A stretch of 51,482 nucleotides of DNA from Nemertoderma westbladi (lineage: Eukaryota > Animalia > Xenacoelomorpha), in assembly GCA_032718475.1 (NCBI GenBank), contig JAUCBJ010005747.1:1-51482 (forward strand). Direction: 5' to 3'. Of this stretch, positions 25,540 through 37,487 are shown one piece after another. Both the position numbers and the translations under genes were made by a program. The notes beneath the pieces are model-generated. The model was not told where the DNA came from, made no database searches, and saw only the letters and a program-made list of their open reading frames with translations. Each line of letters begins with the position of its first letter. Positions within the stretch are counted from its first letter, which is position 1.

Positions 25540-25697
25540 GATGGGGTGGGAGGACTCTGGACCCAATCAATAGTCATCCCTCTCCACGCGAAAATCGACG
25601 CAAATAACAGCTCATTGCTATCAAAAATAAAACTGTAACCTATTGACTTTCGTATATATTTTGGTTAGAATAACTGTAACCTGCTCCTTTCCCTTAA
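25540..25697. mobile_element. Dispersed repeat end, possibly Kolobok-like MITE remnant
   Basis: GTCATCCC..ACGCGAAAATCGAC.CAAATAACAG..AAAACTGTAACCT..TTTTGGTTA..CTGTAACCTG is shared with 40297-40450 and partly with 37908-37955. Confidence 0.6.
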
Positions 25698-26883
25698 TTT
25701 ATATGGTAATTAACTCCGATAAGAGTTTTTAAATCGTCGAGATGAATTAATATCATGTCCAGTTCCATTTTGACTTCTATCAATTAATTGTTTGTTTGAT
25801 GAACATGCATATGATGTATGTTGTCTTTAGCAAGCGGATAATTATTCAATGAACGGCATACCGTTACTTACACACGTCTAGAGTTCACTGACCGTTTTAT
25901 AACCTACAGTGTAAAATCGAAGAAAAAAACCCCGTTGATAAAATTCGTGGGTGGCGCAGTGATTCCCCTAATATAAAATACAAGATAAAATCATGAAACG
26001 GCCCTTCTATACGACGACGCCTTCCGTCGCCTTACATCGATTGTTTAAGAATTCGACGCCCCCGTCACCCAACAGCAGCACGTTGCTTTCTAACTATGGG
26101 TGCCTTATACGCTTGCGGTACCGAAGTAAGCTAATACTTAAAATAAAGATGAGTTTGGAGTTGGGATGGGCGACGTTTGTGTAGGAGGAGCTTCAATTGT
26201 GCAACATTGTGTGTAACTTTCCGTTGTCGACTGAGAAATCAATACTAGTTTTTAATCATGTAGAGAGGAACAGCTAATTTTAAGCGCTTAAGTATTGATT
26301 TGAGTACGAATTCCCCAGCGCTGTGCCTCTAGGTTGGCCATACGTTTGCGACTGGAGTTACTGTGTGTTGTTAGTTTATGAATGTACATAGGCCTACTGC
26401 GTGCAAGCATTGTATTGGACTGATTGTTGGAGTTACGGAAAGAAAAACGTAACGACTTTGGTATAAAAAATAATCAATTTTAATGTGTCACCACTGAGAA
26501 CATTGTATCTCCGCAAGTATGTGGTAACTTTAGCAGTACGAATTGCTATAGTCATTCATTCATGCTGACACTCGTTTGGCCCGCCAACAAAAGTTTAGGC
26601 GTTTTGTTTGCGAGATCCCGAATTTATCAGGCACAACATAAATAAATAGAAAGCCGCTTGTATAAAAATACATCGTTATTAACTTTTAATCAAATATTAG
26701 TTAGTTCTTGCTATTTCTGTGCAAGAAGATGAGAATACCTTGTAATGTGATACCCTTGAACTAATTCAATAATAAGAATTAACAATGATAAAAATAATTA
26801 AGCAATTCCGTTAAGAATATAACAACTTTGTCATCACGTCTTAGTAATAAACTGAAACAATGTCACAATGAACGCCTACTAAC

Positions 26884-27067
26884 CTGATCTCTGTAGGGTA
26901 ACATCTGATACGAAGGAATATGTTTAGCCCACTTTACTGAGATGAATAATAACCTAGCCGCGATCTCTGGAATGGTTTCAGCTGTTATCGGTTTGAACTC
27001 AGTTATCCCTTTGTCCGATTTTATCATCGAGTTTATTTGGTGAGCAGTCGTTAGATTCGGTTTCTCC
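26884..27067 (-). CDS. dsf: NR2E (dsf-like) exon 5: hinge end and LBD helix 3-4 (not in ORF track)
   Basis: TAG acceptor at 27068-27070, CAG|GTTAG donor. Reads EKPNLTTAHQINSMIKSDKGITEFKPITAETIPEIAARLLFISVKWAKHIPSYQMLPYRDQ, with the NR2E AARLLF..VKWAK motif. Confidence 0.94.
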
Positions 27068-27178
27068 CTATATCATATTACAATAGAAATATCATAAAAA
27101 TCGACATTAAAACAGAATCTCACATTTTCCATATATAACAAACAACGTACCGGTAGTTTTATAAAAAAAAAATCTCAC

Positions 27179-27380
27179 TTGTAAAACATAACTGGACGCA
27201 TTGGTATATGCGGTAACATATCGATAGAAGCAGGTGGAATGTGCGGCATAGGATGGGGTCTATCTATCAACCCCGCTATGGAATGGGAGGGTAGACCAGG
27301 GTTGAACAAGGGAGTATAAGGTGTCTGGTTCTCCTGGGTCTTTACCTTCGCCCGACGAGGTCCCCGTTCATGCTGAACAG
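27179..27380 (-). CDS. dsf: NR2E (dsf-like) exon 4: T/A box and Pro-rich hinge
   Basis: TTTGCAG acceptor, AA|GTGAG donor. Reads AVQHERGPRRAK. Confidence 0.93.
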
Positions 27381-27679
27381 CTGCAAACGAAATAATAATA
27401 TGTTCAATTACACAGCTCAATGAGTTCACTGTATCTTTATTGAAAAATTTATTTAATTTCCAGTCACAGAATACTACATGGGATTTTAATTAGAGGAGAA
27501 ATGAGAGATATCTGTGGGAGTTGAAGAATAAACCATATCTCGCCTTTTCTACATACAAATCTTATTGTCCCTTTACATAACTGATATCATGACCTGCTGA
27601 TATGAATGACATAAAGAGTTTAATTACTTGTGTTTAATTAAACTATATTTTATATATATGTATATGTTATTAAACTCAC

Positions 27680-27919
27680 CATCTTTGTTCATGGTGACCT
27701 CCAAACAGCGCCTCAAGCGACACGCTCTGCATTGGTTTCTGTGCGTCTTATCTATAGGACACTTGCCCATCTCCGGACCCTGGTTCTTACAAGTGTAGAC
27801 TCTGTGCCTATGGATACTCCGTTTAAAGAAACCACTGCAACCGTCACATGCGTAAACGCCGTAATGTTTACCGGAAGAACGGTCGCCGCATACCAGACAT
27901 GCGATGTCTAAAAGCCGTT
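27680..27919 (-). CDS. dsf: NR2E (dsf-like) exon 3: C4 zinc-finger DNA-binding domain
   Basis: [68 protein letters not shown]. The CDGCSG P-box is tll/TLX/dsf type; RLLDI, KRSIHR and the 8-residue D-box spacing match dsf better than TLX. Confidence 0.96.
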
Positions 27920-28025
27920 CTAAAATAAACATTAAAAATCCAAAATTAATTTCAGCAAGGAATACTTTATACTTTGAAAATAGTTTAGTGAAATATTAAA
28001 TAAATAAATATTAGTTATAAATTAC

Positions 28026-28112
28026 CTCGTTTGATTCCGAGGCTGTCGGATACGGTTATTTCGCACGAGGAGGGAGACATATTGATGCTCGTATCCACGT
28101 CCCGACATTCAT
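28026..28112 (-). CDS. dsf: NR2E (dsf-like) exon 2 (87 bp, phase 1-1; not in ORF track)
   Basis: TTTTACAG acceptor, G|GTAAT donor. Reads (D)ECRDVDTSINMSPSSCEITVSDSLGIKR(E), in frame with exon 3. Confidence 0.82.
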
Positions 28113-31100
28113 CTGTAAAACAATAAAGTTTCGGTTACTTTACAGAGAGGATGCGTGATATATTGACGCAAATAACTTCTCGGATATCTCGCCACGGCAA
28201 ATTAACAATATAAATCATTGTTAATCATAACGAAAGAAGATTACAGTAAATGGTATGCTATTCTGCTATTCTAACAAAAACAATAAACTATAGGCAATAG
28301 CGCGAGTTACAGTTTGTGTTATTTTCTGTAATTTGCTGTTATTCTCACTTTGGGAGGGTTAAATTTTATTTTAGTTGTCACCACCACCACCCCCCCCCCC
28401 CCCCCCCCCCCCCCCACTAAACTATTAGTTTAATTACGCAAAACATAATAGTAAATGGAAACCCAACGAGCAGTACATTTGACCTGAAAGCGTTTCCGCG
28501 TGACACAAGTGCTAAACACTTTCTTTCATGATCACACACCGTTAAGCGTGCCTTAGTTGAAGTACACGCGTGCGGCACTGGTTCCAGTTACTCAACAAAC
28601 CCTATTTACTGTTGTTTCCCGGGATACAAGTAGGACCCACTGATTAACTGCGCCGTTGTAATACGAATTCCGCGCCCTTCACCCATTGGATAAACTCTAT
28701 CGCTAATCGGCACCGGAGAAAGACGTGTTCACTGTTGATCACCCAGTCTAACATCTAACATCTTAACGAATTTACTCTTTTATACGTTGGTGGGGTGTGA
28801 GGAATGTCAATTCCGGAACGGGATAAACACTTATCATCGAAGCGATTACACAGACCCTATGCGGACGACTTTCGTGTGCCAAGTTTAGGTGCCGATAAAG
28901 CACTAACTACATAACCACTTGACGAACAAGTAAGAACAAGTTTAGTGAAGCAGCAGTAACTTAATTAGGGTCACAAGATGCCGCTGCATAAATGTATTTC
29001 AAAGTAATACAAACCGAATGACGTCCATGAAGATAATTACGCATACAGTATTTGGAAATATTATACAGAGATATAATTCCATTTATTGTATACTTAAATC
29101 TACACACGCTTACAACTGTACTCGCTGGCCTGCATAAGCTATTTGAATAGCAATAAAGTTCATGGTAAGTTTACCACTAAAGATACCCCATATCTATATT
29201 GTATATGATTTCATTTATATACACTACTGTTCCTCAGATGGCGATTATGTTTCATCCATAAAAACTGCAAAGTCAATTAAATCAACTGTCATATATTTAA
29301 TAACTTCTTAATCGTATTTATATTCCCACTAGTAACTTTGCATTGATATAATTAATACCATTCAATACGAGATAGAATATGATGACTTGATGGAGCGATA
29401 GAGCACAAACTATTGTAGCTTATTAGCAAAGTCAATCGATCTACATTATCATACCTAACTGAATAATGCACCTGCTTTCATAACTTTAAAATGAAAAGGA
29501 TGTTGTTAAATTCACTTATTAATCTCACGAACCGAACCATGGAGCATGGACCATGGGAGCATACATATTTGTATGTATGTTGGGTAATATGAAGCATCAA
29601 AACCCCCCTTTTCATTTTTCCCTACTCTATTTTCTACTTCTTAAGAGTATTTTAGAGAGAAGAGTGTACTTTGTAGCAAATAGTTATATTGAAGACTATT
29701 ATCTAAGGGCTTTAAAACCTATAGCAAAATTCGATCAAACCCGGGAAAAAGCAAAATCCATTGTGCTGAAGCGAAGATTACAACCATTTTGAGAAACATT
29801 GATGCATTACTGTACCTCTTTCCTCTATGGCATCTCATAAATATATTTGACTTGGCTAGGAAACCACGTCAGTTTACAATTTAATCTGATTGACAAATTG
29901 CCATCTGATTATGAAAATCTCTTATTCGAAGAAACAAGAAGTCCAACGATGTACTCATGATTCACTTGGCAAACAGAGGTACGTTTGATGGTCAGCATGG
30001 TTTTATAGGGTCGTATTTGTACACCTGCAGCGTCGACCAAATTACTCTCACTTCGCCGAGACAAGGAAGGCAAGCGCGAGAAAGCAAGACATCATCATAG
30101 GTTCCTGACTTTAGGCAACAGGCGGAAGCTAAAAGCCTGATGGTCAATGGTTTTGTACGGAATGGACTATTGATTCAACTCCTTGTGCCAGTTTGGATCC
30201 GGAATTGTTGATTAACCCTGAAGGCTTTGGTGATTAACTGCTGGTTATTCTCTTCTTACAAGAATCGCATTCATTAATTTACACTTTCGATCACTATAAA
30301 CGACTTAGCGACGCCCTCCGAATAAAACCTGTTTACCATTGTTAATTGTCAGGGGATGAGGCTGCAACCCATCCAGCATTCTACATATTACCAAGAAGCC
30401 ATTTGAAAGGGGACAATTGGATGGGAAACCTCTACCTCACCAGTTAAATAACTTCGTTGGCTTGTGTGTAACAGGGCCAAAATCATGTTCTTCACTCCGT
30501 GTCATTGCCCTTTGCTTTGACTAAAAGTTACTGAAGGTGCACAGTGCTCACTACAGTGCAGTGCAGCAAGCAATGATGCCTCGCATGAGGTCCTTCCAGG
30601 TGTGGGGAAGTCGCCATGATCAATTGTTTGACAGAAACTCAAATGCTAATCCTAATTCATTGTCATTAGGGACGTACATTTATAAAGGGCGCACTACCAA
30701 CTCCCATCATGGCCCATTCAGAAGACTTCAAGTACAATAGAACATTTATAGTAAAGAATGCACTGATCTTGTCACTAATTGCTGTTATGGCATGCTCTTA
30801 GGCCTAAGAGTCGACAACCTTAAAAATAACATGTAATAATTACGTGGCTGTGTCATTCTAAGATAACAGTTCTAGTTCTTTACAGTGTATTAGTTAGTTA
30901 AGGTGCAGTAAGTATAACCGTGCCGTAAACCTCCACTACTGTCACTGTGGCCTTAAATCTCCATTGCGGTAATATTTTAAGTCCGGTTGCCCTAAATCTC
31001 CACTGTGGATAGTCTTACACCTAAAATGTAAAGTTTAGTGATGACTATATTATTCTGAACAACAGCGGTAACCAATTTATATCTTTCAGAATAATGACGT

Positions 31101-31674
31101 TTAAAGGCATTATTTTTCCTAAACGTGAAAGAATTCTACAAGAGTTACTTTATACGAAAACGAATGCTAGCTGGCCGCGGTTTCAATGGGAACAGCCCCA
31201 ATTCCAAGTTATAAAGTGTTATTCCTTTATGATAATGGAGAAGTCACACTACCCTATTATAGACAACAGGCCTACCATGTAAAATACATAAATATTTAGC
31301 TGTGAATTTGGTCGGCTGTGAATATAAGCTGTAAATCGTTAAAAACCGTTTATGCCTGAATGTTTTGAAGGATGAATGACCAATATGATGCCAAGTGGGC
31401 ATCATTACATTCTTAATACTCAAGATACAATAAAGTTATAGAAACCATCAAACAGATTTGGATGTACCAACAATTTCACCCATGTGAAGAATAACAGTAA
31501 AGTTATAAAAAGTTATAAAGTTATTATTTTTTTATATATTTAAATAGGTATTTTTTTCAATTTCTCCGTGTGTTTTATATAACCTGTACAGATAATAATT
31601 CGATTAGATTCAGCTTATCTGCAACCTTGGTTTTTAGCGAAAATCCTGGTATTATATCTTCACATCGGGGTAAA

Positions 31675-32297
31675 CGGGTATACGGACATATCGTCCCTGG
31701 ACTTTTCGTCCCCGGACTTTTCGTCCCCGAACTTTTCGTCACGGACTTTTCAACCCGAACTTTTCGTCCCGGACTTTTCGTCCCTGGACTTTTCGTCCCC
31801 GGACTTTTCGTCCCGGACTTTTTCGTCCCGGAATTTTCAACCCGGACTTTTCGGCCCCGGACTTTTCGTCCCTTGTTCGTCCCACAGTAAGATGGTAGCT
31901 AGTAATTTTGATTTTATGTTATCTAGTACATTTTATTAGCTAGTATGAGTAGTAAAAAAATTAAAAATATAATATTAATATAATTAATCAATTATAACAA
32001 TTAATAATTTAATTATAACTTAAATTAATTAATAATCAATTAATATATTTGTCTGGAATATTTTATCATTATTCAATATTTTAGTAGCTAGTAATTTTTA
32101 TTTGATAGTCAAAGTAGCTAGTTATTATTTACTTACGGGTCGAAAAGTCCGTGATGGTGGACATTTCGTCCCCGGACTTTTCGTCAATTCGTCCCCAGAA
32201 ATTTTCTGGGACTTTTCGTCCCTGGACTTTTCACCCCGGGGACGAATAGTCCGGGAACGAAAAGTCGCAGGACGATGGACGAAACGTCCTAGATCCG
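31675..32297. mobile_element. MITE with CGG...CCG ends and ~15-16-bp subterminal tandem repeats (GGACTTTTCGTCCCC)
   Basis: Imperfect TIR CGGGTATACGGACATATCGTCC / GGACGAAACGTCCTAGATCCG. Repeats invert near the right end. AT-rich centre. Candidate 6-bp TSD GGTAAA/AGTAAA. Confidence 0.75.
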
Positions 32298-32727
32298 AGT
32301 AAACTGCAATGTAAAATATAACAGTAAAGTCTGGTATACCTCACCTGGGCCAACAGACTTGGTTCAATCATAAAATCTAAGTTTAGCAACAGGACTTGTT
32401 TTGTTTGTTTCATATCTTTAAAAGTCAGGGGTAGTTAAAAAGTTACAAAAAAATAAAGTCGGTAGCCATAGAAAAAGCTATAAATGCTCGGCTCTATGAG
32501 ATTCTACAAAACCTTTTCGTTTTCTGGCTCAGAGTCAAGGTACATTGGTTTATATAATTCTATCAGAAACCTGATCAGAATACAGTAATATAATTCTGTA
32601 ATATCATCATCAAAAAACAGTAGTCAGCAAATCTACCAGCTGCTACCGGTGCTGTCACAAAACATAGTTCAGGGTAGTTATAAATAAGGCCTTATCATCA
32701 GTCAGACAGACAGTCAGACAACAGTTG

Positions 32728-32820
32728 ACTCAGGTGGGTACCGTTAGTATATAGTTAAACTCTAGGTGGGTACCATTAGTACATAGTATATAGTTACACT
32801 CTAGGTGGGTATCGTTAGAA
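32728..32820. repeat. Three imperfect tandem copies of CT(C/A)GGTGGGTAcc.TTAG... upstream of the PCED1-like ORF
   Basis: AGGTGGGTA at about 32732, 32764 and 32803. Confidence 0.6.
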
Positions 32821-33011
32821 TGTAGGCCCTACAGTTAAACTCATAAACGCATAAAGTCGATCTCTTTCACCACTTGACTGGTCTAGGTCAGTAATACAGC
32901 CGTGTGTGGTACAGTTACCGGTATTCGTATTTATCAGTTTATGTAGTATTTTTTTTGCTATATATTTCATTCACATTCCATATAATAAATTCACATTCCA
33001 TATAAAAGATA

Positions 33012-34607
33012 ATGCCGGCCCCTAAAACTATATTTGAGTCCGCGGATGTACAGTTGCTACTCCGAAATAAGCGCGTAGTTCTCATTGGGGATTCCACAAT
33101 GCGAACAACCTACAAAGACATCATTGTATTATTGCAGAGTGAGCGGTGGCTTACCGAGGCAGAAGCAAAACAAAAAGGGGAGCGTACCTTTATGGGGGAT
33201 AAACTACTGGAAGGGGGGACATTGGTGGAAATGAATAATGGGATAAATTACAGGGAAACCAGGGAATACCGAACTAAGTTACATTTAGTTCGGTTTTATT
33301 TCGTTACTCGATGCTATAACAGTTATTTAGAAGAAACGATCCTACCCTACTTAAGCCAAGAACCTACGCCAGACATTGTAATAATGAACTCCACCCTGTG
33401 GGACCTCACCAGAAATGGATCGCCAGACACTTGTCTACATAAGTTCGCGAGCAACCTAATTAAACTGATGGGTGAGTTATCCGTCTGTTTGGATTCCTCC
33501 AGTCTATTCATCTGGAGCAATTGTCTGCCCGTTTCGGATGAGTGTTACGGTGGGTGTTTCCAATCGGAGAGCCGTCCCGAGTGGCTGCAGTCCTACATCG
33601 TACAGGCCAATCACTACGCGAGACGCGCACTGGAGGAATGGGATCGGGACTATCTCGATATAAACGCATCCATGCTGCATCTATCGGAGTTGCTGGTTAA
33701 GGATGGTATCCATTGGAAACCTCCGGCTGTGCGCTATATGTCTCACGCTATATTCTCCCATATCTGCATCAGTTGGAACCTTGAATTGCCGTGTCCCCCT
33801 GTTGTCCCGTCACTCTCCCGCTCCCGTCCCATCAGTCCCAGTGTCCCATATATGCCCCGCTCCCGTCCCAATAGCCCCAGTGTCCCATATATGCCCTGGT
33901 CCCGTCCCAATAGCCCCAGTGTCCCATATATGCCCCGGTCCCGTCCCAATAGCCCCAGTGTCCCATTTATGCCGCGGTCCCGTCCCAATAGTCCTGGTAT
34001 CCCTTCTATGTCCCATCCCATTAGCCCCGGTGTCCCATATATGTCCCACCCCGTTAGTCCCACCCCTATGCCCCCTGGACTCCTATCACCTCCTCCGGGA
34101 CTCAATCCAGCCAGGCCCGTAATCCGGCTCAACCAATCGAGTCCCGGTTGCTATGGTTACCAATCGAGTCCCGGTAGCTATGGAGACCAAGAGCAACCGA
34201 GTTCAGATTGCTATGGTAACCAATCGAATCCCGGTTGCTATGGTAATCAATTGACTCCAATAGACATAGGTCACTATAGAAATGCAGCGGGTCGAAGTTC
34301 CTATGAGTACATACGAGATTCCCTCGGTTGCTATGAGAACCAAATAGATTCCCTCAATTGCTATGGGAACCAAATAGATTCCATCAATTGCTATGGGAAC
34401 CAAATAGATTCCCTCAGTTGCTATGGGAACCAAACATACTCACTTGGTTGCTATGGAAACCAAACAGATGCCCCCGGTTGCTATGGACGACGACGACAGC
34501 CTCTATTAACGATGAGTCTGACGGAACTGGTAACGATGTTCCATAAACGGCACAGGAATAAACCCCGACAGTATAACAACCGAAAAGCGCGATTCAACCC
34601 CTACTGA
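33012..34607 (+). CDS. PCED1A: PC-esterase domain protein (PCED1/FAM113, SGNH/GDSL-like hydrolase), intronless CDS, 531 aa
   Basis: LLRNKRVVLIGDS..R..YKD, NGINYRETR, HLVRFYFVTR, PDIVIMNSTLWDL, DGIHW and W..ELP align in order with human PCED1A motifs. GDS and DxxH catalytic motifs are intact. Tail has 13-aa (39-bp) and 9-10-aa repeats. Confidence 0.92.
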   Translation: MPAPKTIFESADVQLLLRNKRVVLIGDSTMRTTYKDIIVLLQSERWLTEAEAKQKGERTFMGDKLLEGGTLVEMNNGINYRETREYRTKLHLVRFYFVTRCYNSYLEETILPYLSQEPTPDIVIMNSTLWDLTRNGSPDTCLHKFASNLIKLMGELSVCLDSSSLFIWSNCLPVSDECYGGCFQSESRPEWLQSYIVQANHYARRALEEWDRDYLDINASMLHLSELLVKDGIHWKPPAVRYMSHAIFSHICISWNLELPCPPVVPSLSRSRPISPSVPYMPRSRPNSPSVPYMPWSRPNSPSVPYMPRSRPNSPSVPFMPRSRPNSPGIPSMSHPISPGVPYMSHPVSPTPMPPGLLSPPPGLNPARPVIRLNQSSPGCYGYQSSPGSYGDQEQPSSDCYGNQSNPGCYGNQLTPIDIGHYRNAAGRSSYEYIRDSLGCYENQIDSLNCYGNQIDSINCYGNQIDSLSCYGNQTYSLGCYGNQTDAPGCYGRRRQPLLTMSLTELVTMFHKRHRNKPRQYNNRKARFNPY

Positions 34608-37487
34608 TAGTAAGCGGTTGTTTACAATACAACACCTACTGATAGTAAACGGTTGTTTACAATACAACACCTACTGATAGTAAACGGTTGTTTACATTAC
34701 AACACCTACTGATAGTAAACGGTTGTTTACAATACAACACCTAATGATAGTAAACGGTTGTTTACAATACAACACCTACTGATAGTAAACGGTTGTTTAC
34801 AATACAACACCTACTGATAGTAAACGGTTGTTTACAATACAACACCTACTGATAGTAAACGGTTGTTTACATTACAACACCTACTGATAGTAAACGGTTG
34901 TTTACAATACAACACCTACTGATAGTAAACGGTTGTTTACAATACAACACCTACTGATAGTAAACGGTTGTTTACAATACAACACCTACTGATAGTAAAC
35001 GGTTGTTTACAATACAACACCTACTGATAGTAAACGGTTGTTTACAATACAACACCTACTGATGGTAAACGGTTGTTTACAATACAACACCTACTGATAG
35101 TAAACGGTTGTTTACAATACAACACCTACTGATAGTAAGCGGTTGTTTACAATACAACACCTACTGATAGTAAACGGTTGTTTACAATACAACACCTACT
35201 GATAGTAAACGGTTGTTTACAATACAACACCTACTGATAGTAAACGGTTGTTTACAATACAACACCTACTGATAGTAAACGGTTGTTTACAATACAACAC
35301 CTACTGATAGTAAACGGTTGTTTACAATACAACACCTACTGATAGTAAACGGTTGTTTACAATACAACACCTACTGATAGTAAACGGTTGTTTACAATAC
35401 AACACCTACTGATAGTAAACGGTTGTTTACAATACAACACCTACTGATAGTAAACGGTTGTTTACAATACAACACCTAATGATGGTAAACGGTTGTTTAC
35501 AATACAACACCTACTGATAGTAAGCGGTTGTTTACAATACAACACCTACTGATAGTAAACGGTTGTTTACAATACAACACCTACTGATAGTAAACGGTTG
35601 TTTACAATACAACACCTACTGATAGTAAACGGTTGTTTACAATACAACACCTACTGATAGTAAACGGTTGTTTACAATACAACACCTACTGATAGTAAAC
35701 GGTTGTTTACAATACAACACCTACTGATAGTAAACGGTTGTTTACAATACTTGTTTACAATACAACACCTACTGATAGTAAACGGTTGCTTACAATACAA
35801 CACCTACTGATAGTAAACGGTTGTTTACAATACAACACCTACTGATAGTAAACGGTTGTTTACAATACAACACATAGTGATAGTAAACGGTTGTTTACAA
35901 TACAACACCTACTGATAGTAAACGGTTGTTTACAATACATCACCTACTGATAGTAAACGGTTGTTTACAATACAACACATAGTGATAGTAAACGGTTTTT
36001 TACAATACAACACCTACTGATAGTAAACGGTTGTTTACAATACAACACCTACTGATAGTAAACGGTTGTTTACAATACAACACCTACTGATAGTAAACGG
36101 TTGTTTACAATACAACACATAGTGATAGTAAACGGTTTTTTACAATACAACACCTACTGATAGTAAACGGTTGTTTACAATACAACACATAGTGATAGTA
36201 AGCGGTTGTTTACAATACAACACCTACTGATAGTAAACGGTTGTTTACAATACAACACCTACTGATAGTAAACGGTTGTTTACAATACAACACAGTGATA
36301 GTAAACGGTTGTTTACAATACAACACCTACTGATAGTAAACGGTTGTTTACAATACAACACCTACTGATAGTAAACGGTTGTTTACAATACAACACAGTG
36401 ATAGTAAACGGTTGTTTACAATACAACACCTACTGATAGTAAACGGTTGTTTACAATACAACACCTACTGATAGTAAACGGTTGTTTACAATACAACACA
36501 GTGATAGTAAACGGTTGTTTACAATACAACACATAGTGATAGTAAACGGTTGTTTACAATACAACACATAGTGATAGTAAACGGTTGTTTACAATACAAC
36601 ACCTACTGATAGTAAACGGTTGTTTACAATACAACACCTACTGATAGTAAACGGTTGTTTACAATACAACACAGTGATAGTAAACGGTTGTTTACAATAC
36701 AACACCTACTGATAGTAAACGGTTGTTTACAATACAACACCTACTGATAGTAAACGGTTGTTTACAATACAACACAGTGATAGTAAACGGTTGTTTACAA
36801 TACAACACAGTGATAGTAAACGGTTGTTTACAATACAACACCTACTGATAGTAAACGGTTGTTTACAATACAACACCTACTGATAGTAAACGGTTGTTTA
36901 CAATACAACACAGTGATAGTAAACGGTTGTTTACAATACAACACCTACTGATAGTAAACGGTTGTTTACAATACAACACCTACTGATAGTAAACGGTTGT
37001 TTACAATACAACACCTACTGATAGTAAACGGTTGTTTACAATACAACACCTACTGATAGTAAACGGTTGTTTACAATACAACACAGTGATAGTAAACGGT
37101 TGTTTACAATACAACACCTACTGATAGTAAACGGTTGTTTACAATACAACACCTACTGATAGTAAACGGTTGTTTACAATACAACACATAGTGATAGTAA
37201 ACGGTTGTTTACAATACAACACCTACTGATAGTAAACGGTTGTTTACAATACAACACAGTGATAGTAAACGGTTGTTTACAATACAACACCTACTGATAG
37301 TAAACGGTTGTTTACAATACAACACCTACTGATAGTAAACGGTTGTTTACAATACAACACATAGTGATAGTAAACGGTTGTTTACAATACAACACATAGT
37401 GATAGTAAACGGTTGTTTACAATACAACACAGTGATAGTAAACGGTTGTTTACAATACAACACCTACTGATAGTAAACGGTTGTTTA
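34596..37487. repeat. 35-bp minisatellite (CCTACTGATAGTAAACGGTTGTTTACAATACAACA), ~82 copies
   Basis: Period 35 (34621, 34656). 33-bp and CATAGTG variants occur only in the distal half. Confidence 0.97.

Noticed and set aside
29950-30760. Possible decayed transposase C-terminus (Trp- and Cys-rich remnants)
   Set aside because: Too many stops and frameshifts to assign without a translated search.
33703-34546. Overlapping ORFs within the PCED1-like tail
   Set aside because: Shadows of the 39-bp and 30-bp coding repeats.
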